This document shows, piece after piece, positions 1-15,668 of a stretch of 64,000 bases of DNA (position 1 is its first letter; the number at the start of each line of letters is the position of its first letter). A program made the translations under genes and the position numbers. The DNA is from Auanema rhodensis (Eukaryota > Animalia > Nematoda): NCBI GenBank assembly GCA_964057225.1, contig OZ059900.1, positions 6,758,001 to 6,822,000 on the forward strand, written 5' to 3'. The notes under the pieces are model-generated. The model searched no databases. It saw only the letters and a program-made list of their open reading frames with translations, and was not told where the DNA came from.

Positions 1-30
1 ATATATGTGCCATTAACTTGTTATTATTAC

Positions 31-422
31 TCTTTGAATTATATCAGAAACGGAATTCCAGTCTGCTTCAATAATGTATTCTTCACCATCAACCATACCC
101 TGATAACCTTCATGAATGAAGTACACTTTACATCCAAGATATATTCCCATGCGCACAACAGATCGAACAGCACTGTTCATACCTGAAGACAATTTATCAT
201 TCACGTGCCAACAAAAGTCGTCTTTAGTTATTTTTTTTTATAATCCTTACCCTGGGAATCACCACCAGATGTGAAGACGGCTACTCCTCTTCCTTTGTAT
301 TGATTAAATACTATATCAGCACCTTCTTTTCCAACTATCGGAATTATTGAATCTTTCCGGCATTTCGGAACGAAATTGGGCAACGGCCCAATTCCATCCG
401 TTTCATCGATGGATTCATCCAT
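31..422 (-). CDS. pfk-1: ATP-dependent 6-phosphofructokinase, first two visible coding exons (422-251, 182-31); gene continues beyond the window start
   Basis: Spliced translation [10 protein letters not shown]...[17 protein letters not shown]|[32 protein letters not shown]...[10 protein letters not shown] contains the PFK N-terminal TSGGDxQGMN motif. GT-AG intron 250-183 joins in frame, and a GT donor lies at 30-29. The ATG at 422 directly follows a TTTAG acceptor (trans-splice site or an unseen upstream exon). Confidence 0.95.
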
Positions 423-3188
423 CTAAAGTTGAACAATATTTTGAGAAGCATTGAAACATTCAGTTTACACAATTGGCAAAGCAACGTAAAATCAAAGATT
501 AAACCACCATCATTAAGATTATTCAAAATCGTTTCGCGGACAACTCTCAAGCCAGGGAACAAGATTGCCTTGCAATGCTTATATAAGATCAATGAATAAG
601 TAATCTAATTCAAATCTCAAATACGTAGGATATCACGTTTTTGCAATTCCAATAGAATATGAAAATGAGAAAGATATATTAAGCAACAACAAAGAGAATC
701 ATTGGGAAATGTATTGACATCAAAATATGGACGCAGCCTTCTCTATCGTGTCTTTTAAAAGTCTATTAAACGTAAAAGTGACAATGGTATCAGAATATTA
801 AACCATGTGTAGGATATTAGTTTTCATTATTAATCACAGCAATATGATAGATCAATGATTTTTGAAACTTCACAGATATATAATAAACCATTAAAATATA
901 TTAAAAGGTGTAAAAATAATAAAAAACTTGCTAACTTATCAGTATTATGATAAGAAATAAAAATAAGAAATCAAATATCGATAACAGGGATGAACAAATA
1001 TTACTTTTCAATAAAAACGTTGAAGTGCTCATAAAATCAAAAGAATGGCATACACTCTAGAGAAAACAAAAATCATTCAAATGCCTTGTCAGTACTTGGC
1101 ATCGAGCGCGAATGATGATAGACTGATACGATCCTTCTTTATATATAGGGGAAGGTAAAGGCGCGCGCGCCATAGCTTCGGATATTATACGCGAAAAAAT
1201 AATTTTTCTAAATTCAAAAAAGATGGGGATGCCTAATTAGAAAAGATATTTTTACTTCCGTTATTTACTGAGAAAAAGAAAAAAATAGTACATGTACTAC
1301 ACTATTAATGATTTGTGCTATCAAATCAGCGAAAGCTGTTTACAGACAAAAACTAGAATTGAAATTCTTAGAAATTATTTCAAAAAAATAAAACTTGACT
1401 ATCAAGTGACATGTTCTCGAAATCAATGAACTTGCTGGATGTGTTCAGAATTTATTTTATAGTTCAAAATATATTTTTTTCAGTTCTTTCATGAAGACAG
1501 TGATTGTAAAAAACAATTTAGAATGTATAAAAGTAATAATGTTGGCTGAATAATTGAAAACAGAAACTTTCTTGAGTATAGAATAAAACAAATGCGAAAG
1601 GGAAAATAGCAGTAGATCGTTGTGTAAGGCACCACTGGCGTGTTTTAGGCAAGAAACAACGAAAGAGAACAAGAGACCAATCGAGCTAGCAGAAGAAACA
1701 TGGAGAGTTAGACGTTAGTTCAAGTTGGTTATTGACTAAAGACAAGGGAAGAAGCGGTAGAGAGTGCGAGAGATAGAGATAAAAAGAGAATGGCATATAG
1801 AGAGGATGAGAGATAAGTTGAAAGGAATGAGAAACGGCTGCTAGGCTTTGGGCGAATACTACGTGCTATTTGCTAGAATTGAGAAATTCGCAGTTGTGCT
1901 GCTTTAGCAGTATGTCGATAAAGCTGAAGAAAATAAGCTTTGAACTAAACGGATTCAGCGTAGTTCTACGTGACATATGCTAAATATTGAGTTGTGGATA
2001 TATGTTGGATGAGAGTTTAAATTAAGTAATGCAATATATTAGAGACACAGAATTGAGTTGAGCTTATAATAGAATGGATTGTCCTTGATGAATCTGAGAG
2101 GAAATGAGAAGCACATGATCAGATATTTTAAATGAAATTGCAAAGGAAGTGGAGCAAGAAATTGCCATGACTAGTATGCACAACAATATAAATATATTTA
2201 TATACAACTAACAAAGTGAGAAAATAAGGAGCTTCATAAGATATTGCAAATAAGCTCAATTCTTTTTAATTGTACATTGAGTTGTATGCTTATAGCCCCC
2301 ACCCACTCGTTCCTTCAAAACTTCCTCATATGTTTTCCGGTTAGAGAATAATGAGAAGAAAATTGATTCAATTTGGATTTTCATGCTCATTTCGGTCATT
2401 TCAAATGCTGTTTCATCAAGTGATGGTCCACTTTTTTTCATTCGAGCCAGTGAATTGAAGCACATCAAATTCCACTCCAAAACTGGCATGCTTTGCCATT
2501 GGGTAAATACCAAAGATCAACAACAGCTAAACTCTTTTAGCTAAATTTATTTTTGATATCGGTTGGTGTGACCAGATTTATTAAAACTTTAAATTTCTTT
2601 TTTTTAGCAATAAAACAACGTTATGGAGGTGTGAAAGACATAAAATATTAATCGTTTTTTATTCATATGAGATGATTGGATTTGCCCGGATATTAATCGG
2701 AAATCATTTTATGAAACCCCTTCTGCATACAGATGCACAAACTGAAACGTTAGAGCGAAATAGCCACGAAAATCTAGAGTCTGAGATAATGGTGGAAAAT
2801 TGGAAAATGAGAGTAAAAAAATTATTTTAAAACACATTATGGCATGGATCACTGCTGGTATCTATAGCTTATTTTCAAACCAAAGAAAAAGGAATAGCAG
2901 AGTAATAGATTTTTGGCCTTACCACCAAACGTGCCGTTTTAGTCTTCGTTCCATTATTCTTTACCCTCTTGCATTGTCGTCAACTCAATATTTTTAGAAT
3001 AAATTTGCAGCAAACAATGCAGTTGTTTTATTTTTACCATTTTTCTGCAACACTTTAATATTAACATATCCATTTATCAATATAATATCTGTGTCTATCT
3101 GTTCTTTTTCTGAATGTTGATTTCTGCAAAAAATAAAATATTTAAAGTTCTTAAAACATTTATGAAACCTCTTCACCCTCTATCTTCT

Positions 3189-3219
<31 letters not shown>

Positions 3220-3232
3220 TTCCCTCTCTCTC
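3189..3232. repeat. (TC)n microsatellite
   Basis: About 13 perfect TC units from 3189, followed by an imperfect TC tail to ~3232. Confidence 0.9.
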
Positions 3233-4705
3233 TACATTAGTGTCTTCTTTCTTGTATTCAGATATTTTTTCATTATCTTATCTAAGTATTTTATGTATCT
3301 TCAACGTTTACTAACAGAAATTGTAACATAAGCACTTTAGCTAAATGTCATTTTAATTGTTCTTCTGCAAATCTCAGATAATTTTCAATGGTTGAAGAAG
3401 AAACAAAAAATTAACAGAATTGTTGTAATATGTATCGTAGATCTTTTTTCATAGTATTCATCTTATTGTGTTAAGCAAACGTTGATATTAATTAACACTT
3501 CAAGAATTACATTTATATCAGACAAAACTCTGATATATGAAACCTTTTCGATTAATTTAAAATATTGATTAAATGAAAAAACCAACATTTAGTTTTATTT
3601 GTTTACGAAGAATATACATATATAATCTACAATAATCAATAACTGAAATAGAAGCATATCTTTGTTCATGAACTATCTTGTAATTCTTATCATTCTTTAG
3701 TAATAGAAAAAAACTTGAGAAGAAATGATTTTTCTTGCCATATCTTTTTCATCTTCAGCTGCCTAATATAAAGCCAGTCTATATGTCTGTTTGATTTTTA
3801 CTGTTTTTAAAAAAATCTATGCATTTTAATTCAGCAATTTCACGGATTATCCGTTTCGAGCTGTTCATTTTAAAACATAAATTCAGTTGTTATGGAGCAT
3901 AAATCAGCAATTCTCAAACAGCATGCTAATTTTTGATGGATTTTTTTTGTATCTTGATCCTTGACTTAAATAAATTATGACTAAGCAATCAAACAAACAG
4001 ACTGTTGGTTGTTCTCAAGTTTTTGGTTGACATAGCAACAAGGAACAACAATTTAAAAAATGAAAGTGATAAGATATTTTTCACAACTTCCAAGTTGGCG
4101 TAAGTGAATAATATTGAAAAAACTGTAAAGGCTTAAAACCAGAAACAAAAGCAAGATAAGTATTTGCACATATCTCGCTAAAGTAACGAAGCCAATTATT
4201 TTAATTTTGCACACAATTGTCTTCTTAAATGCAACATCCTGATAATGTTTGTCTTCTATTTTCAAGCTTTGTATTTAGAACCGCATAGCTTTTTCTAATT
4301 TTAACCAACTTGTTTCACAGAAATATCAACTAATAGCGTGTTCAGCTTATACAATTGGAAAAAGTTACTTGACAATATTGATTCCTTCATTTAATCTTAT
4401 TATAAATGTGTGTGGTCGTGTTGATTAGGTTCAAAGAAGAATTATTCAAGTATTTGCTCTGTTTAATTTATTTCATCAATTAACATGTTTTAAAAATTAC
4501 ATGCTTTCTTTTTTGATTTAATACAATTATTTTATTAATAATACAAATGAAATCATGCTCTAATCGTAGTTAAAATTCATTTTTTTATGTTGTCATTATA
4601 GTGTGGACCACGGATACACAAATTTCGTTAGAGCCACAGCGCCGCGCATCTCTCTCAATTGTACACACACTTTCGCTTACATTCCGAGATGACTAGACTG
4701 ATCAT

Positions 4706-4784
4706 AGACGCAGAGAACCTATAGTGACCAATCAACGATGAGCACACAATACTCTGCGTCTCTAGCACACTGACCCCTCTGCGT
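4706..4784. promoter_or_regulatory. Cluster of AGACGCAGAG-type motifs, putative USP7 promoter element
   Basis: AGACGCAGAG at 4706-4715, its exact reverse complement CTCTGCGTCT at 4752-4761, and CTCTGCGT at 4777-4784, in a locally GC-richer island ~500 bp upstream of the 5271 acceptor. Confidence 0.45.
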
Positions 4785-5261
4785 GCTACCCTGCCACCTA
4801 AACGCTATTCTTGTATTACTTGTCCTAGAAAAAAAAGGAATTCATTTCCTGACTGACGCATCTCATGCCGCGTTATTCCGTTTGCCATCTTCTGGCTCAT
4901 ATCCAAAAAAATGAACAAAAGTTTTTAATTGAACGCCATGTTTTTTGTCATCAATTTGATGACTGTTGCCATTTCGTTGACATTAGCCGTTTATATACTC
5001 ACAGGTTTTTTTTGCTCTGCATAACATACTCTTTGACATTTAAAAAATTTGGATAATCATAAGCATTATAGTGAAAGCTAATTACAGCAATATCGATATC
5101 GCTAACAAATTATTCTTGCACTTGCGCGCTTCTTTATGATTTCAAAAATATGCTTATTGTTGTCTATGCGTTATTATTGTAACTATTCTAATTATTATAA
5201 TATTATTTAATTATTACATGATGTTCTCTATATGTATGTATGCATTAATAGTCTTTATTAT

Positions 5262-5271
5262 TTATTTTCAG
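5262..5271 (+). promoter_or_regulatory. Probable trans-splice (or 5' UTR intron) acceptor of USP7
   Basis: TTATTTTCAG follows an AT-rich tract and ends 37 nt before the ATG at 5309, matching the nematode TTTTCAG acceptor consensus. Confidence 0.55.
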
Positions 5272-5308
5272 TTTGTTACTGTGTTCTATTGTGTGATATC
5301 GTTGGTGT

Positions 5309-11745
<6,437 letters not shown>

Positions 11746-14229
11746 ATGGACCATGAACTTTGAATCAATAACCATGATTCTACCGCGAGAACTAAGTGGA
11801 CGATCATGTTATATTGCACGCAATTTCAAATATGCGTGCCCCACACTTTTGTGTCTTCTTGTTCTCTTTTTATTCGGGGACCTCTCTTCAAATCTCAATT
11901 TAGTAGCTTAAATTTACCCTATCCTCACAAGTTTATTTATAAATTTCGTTTGGTTTTACTTTTCTTTTTTCCTTACGATCCGATTCCTATATAATCTGAA
12001 TATAGAAGCTATTATTATATGCATATAGCTATTTGTATGTATATACATCTATATGATCTGTAAGTATGTAAATTCTTTTTTTCGTGAAAATTTCCGGAAC
12101 TTCGGTATTCACTCGTGTATTTAGCTTTTCGTTTTCCTTTCCCGTTTCATATATACTAACTTGTTCTCTATTTTTGTAGAGAAGTGTAGAAGCTATCGCA
12201 ATGCTGAGCAGACGAAGTGCTCTTTTCTCTTTGAAAAAATCAGTCGTGTCATCTTGTTTCCAATTCAGCATTATACTGTTCAGCATGCATTTTGGGTTTC
12301 AGCTCCTGTTCTTTTTTTTTCTCTCCGAATTAATACTATTGCACTGCTCAGTTCCTGTAAATTTGTGTGGTTCAACAATTACGAGCATTTTTGTCCGGTT
12401 TATCAATGAAAAAAACCAATTTTTTTGATATGATCTGATGGCGTACACTATATATTTCATATATAAAATCAAATTTGTCCTTAACTATGATGTTTCACTC
12501 ATTATCGTGGTACCCTCTTTTTTTTCAAACCTTTACTAGTTACCCTTATTCGGTCTTAGTGCTTTTAGATGTTTCTCCGATATCTAATTCATGTGCTAAT
12601 CTGTGTACGAAAACACAAAAAAGACAAAAACTTGATACTAGGTAGCGATAATCGTGCTCTGACTGTTGTTCATTTTGTTTCAAAGAATTCTGTAGTTATT
12701 CGATTTAAAAACAAAGCTATTATGCACATGAATATGTTATTGGAGATACATGCTTTCATTTGTTTTTGCTTTAGCTCTTAGTGAACAGTTCCTGATATTA
12801 TTATCTAATATTTCTCTCGTTTATTTTGTATGTATTTTATATATAGGGTAGCCTTATCCTGGCTCATTTTTCTGTAGTAAGCATTGTTTGCAAGCATTCA
12901 TTGAATACATATAGAGATTTATACAGGAAAAATTATAGATATGTATTGATTGAATGTGCATAATAATTGCTTATTGTATATGTATAGTATTAGTTAAATG
13001 ACACATTTTGGGCCTGAAATTAGAAAGAGCGATTCTCTTATTGTGAAACGGTTGTTTTTGTTCTGGTTCTTGACTATCTGTTGACAAATGCTATTAGTAG
13101 TGAAAAAAATCTATCTATCTACATGAATTGTGTTTTAAATTAAGGATATTGACAACTCATTGCAACTTTCCTATTGCATTTTATAAAAATACTGCACAAC
13201 ACACGAAGACACAATAAAAATTAATGTCAAAACTTATCTGATTAATTCGGAAACTAATGTGTTTGGAATGTTTTTTAGTCAAAAAAGTTTGAGATCTTCT
13301 AAACATCTAAATTTACTCTATTGAAGTTTAAATTGAAGTTAAACAATGAAGGAATGTAAGTTTATGAATGAATACACTAGAATCACTAGTTAAAATATAA
13401 TAAATTTAATTATTAATATAATATGGAATCTCTTTTCAAAATGAATGAAAACTTTAGAAGTTTGATAAAAGAGGTTTGGTAGCAAGCGTACAATCCTGCC
13501 TACATTATTCTACATAAACTCTTTTATAACGATTCTTGTATGCAATGCTTTCTTTTTAATTTGATTGAAAATCTTGATGTCTTGGTAGAGTAGTGTAGAA
13601 TATGTAGACTGGAAAACTGAAACTGCAATTTTCAATCTCACTTGTTAGAGATAAAACGGACAAGTATGCTGTCTCTTCGATAACAACAATTTTTTACCAC
13701 TTGCGTTAAGAAGGCTACAAAAGTTAAGATAATGAAATATTCTGTTACAATTTCTTACAGTGAACTAACTTGGATTTGAGAACTTATAACAGTAACTGGA
13801 GTTTTGTGTGAGAGATGGCGGATACTCTAACTGTCTAATTTTCAGTCCTCCACTATTTTTCTATGCGTTGGATATTTGCGTGATCTCAAATAGTTTGAAA
13901 ACGATGCATTTTATACCCAGACATTAAAAGAACACTGTCGCGTGGATACTACAAAGGCAGTTTAGCCGTCATGAACAATAAATGACCGAAAGAAGTGCAC
14001 ATTGAAATCGTTTTTCTACCGTTTCTACACTTGAAACTGACCGTTGATGACTAGAGTACATTCAAAAAATAGAACCAATTCAATAGAATTCCGAAATTCT
14101 TAAACATATCGAGAAGTTTCTTCAGTGAAAATTATAGGGAATAGTCAATTCGAGAAAACTAAAAAAAATCATTTGATTCATTAATATATTTTTTCATAAT
14201 GAAAAGTCTTTAAGAAATATTGGCAATAC

Positions 14230-14235
14230 TTTATT
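14230..14235 (-). terminator. Polyadenylation signal of the Cys-rich peptide gene
   Basis: AATAAA on the minus strand ~70 nt downstream of the stop codon. Confidence 0.55.
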
Positions 14236-14306
14236 AAAAGAAAACTTGAGCTACATAAAATTCCACTTTTTAGAATATGGATGTAGTGTAACTGTTTTTC
14301 TTGTCA

Positions 14307-14545
14307 TCAGTATCGGGAGGGATTAAGCGCAGAGCTTGGTACGCATTGCTCGAGATAACAAGAATATCCTGGTTGGCAGAGGTTATTAATGCATGGTCCA
14401 ACAGCCAAATCAAAAATGGTAGCAGCTGAAATATGTTAATAAATACTGTATAATTTTAAAATTTATGAAGAATCACTCAATTTAAAAACCAACCTTGAGA
14501 GAAAGCCAAGATGGCGAAGAAAACCAGGATGAGAGCACGGATCAT
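14307..14545 (-). CDS. Small secreted cysteine-rich peptide (56 aa), resembling the nematode CC domain
   Basis: Exons 14545-14494 and 14425-14307, joined by a GT...TTTCAG phase-1 intron, give MIRALILVFFAILAFSQAATIFDLAVGPCINNLCQPGYSCYLEQCVPSSALNPSRY*. It has a hydrophobic signal peptide, a GPC-x4-C-xx-GY-x-C-x4-C pattern and a tandem TGA TGA stop. An upstream TATATAA and a downstream AATAAA lie on the same strand. Confidence 0.85.
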
Positions 14546-14631
14546 GGTGAGGAAGGTAGTTTGAAAAAGTCGTAAAGCAAAGATAAAGAGAAAAAGAGCT
14601 GAGGCTTGTTCACTGTTCCGAAAAAATTGTC

Positions 14632-14638
14632 TTATATA
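14632..14638 (-). promoter_or_regulatory. TATA box of the Cys-rich peptide gene
   Basis: TATATAA on the minus strand ~90 bp upstream of the ATG at 14545. Confidence 0.55.
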
Positions 14639-15668
14639 GTGAAGCAGGCGGTCAGTACATTAAGAACCCCTTATTTACATTCAAACAAGAATAACAAGTA
14701 AATGATTCTTATTTTCAGTTAATTTCCGGCTTCTTTGTGTGAACTAGCACGACAACATCTAAGTGATCTTTGGTTATATGAAAAAGGTTTCCATTGTTGA
14801 AGTCTTGAGTGAAAACTTGTCACAAATATTAATAGTATTATGCCCGTACAGACATGCTGCTTGAGATTCGTTGGTGTAATCGACTGAGCAAATATCAGGC
14901 AGTCGTCACAATCTGTTTCCCATAGTTTTGAATGTAGTCGTCTCACTGAGTTCTCAGCGATGAAATGATCAAGAGTAAAGAGAAAATCTTAAATTAACTT
15001 TTGAAAACATGTTTACACATAGATATAGATAAATTAAAAGGAAGAGATAATTCATAAACAAACAGGACAATACTCTGATACATTGGGATACTTTGAAAGT
15101 TTTGATGGTAAAATCTAAATGTATTTATTCTTCTTAAAATTGTTTTAACGTGCACAAACTGGCACCAACTAATAACATAACAAATATTTTTTGATCTTTC
15201 TCTCTATAGCATATTATTACAAAAAATACAATTAATTTAAATTGATTTATTGGATAGGTATTATAGTTCATACTGTAAACCAATCTGAGCAACAACATCC
15301 TTCTAACATATGAATCAAGTTTCTGTACTACATGGCCTTATCGGTTATTTGAAAATCTGGAAATTAATTCGTGGAACTTTTCAAATCGAATTCGGTAAAA
15401 TACAAATTGAACCGCAATGCAAAGGATATAAACATGATAGGTAATAGAAAAAAAATTTAATTAATTCATTAAAATAAAAATTTTGAATTTTGGGACAACA
15501 TAGTTGTATATTGGCTTAGTTGTAGTTGTAGTTTAAACAATATAAAAAACAAATTTGAAAATTTTATTTTTTTTCCCGCATTTTTTTAAAATAATAATGT
15601 TGTTAATAATAAATAATTCTCATTATTTCTTTCTCTCATTTTTTTTGTGTTTTTCGCTTAAGACCATA

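Noticed and set aside
11806-12781. ORFs downstream of USP7
   Set aside because: They lie in probable 3' UTR or intergenic sequence and show no protein-like features.
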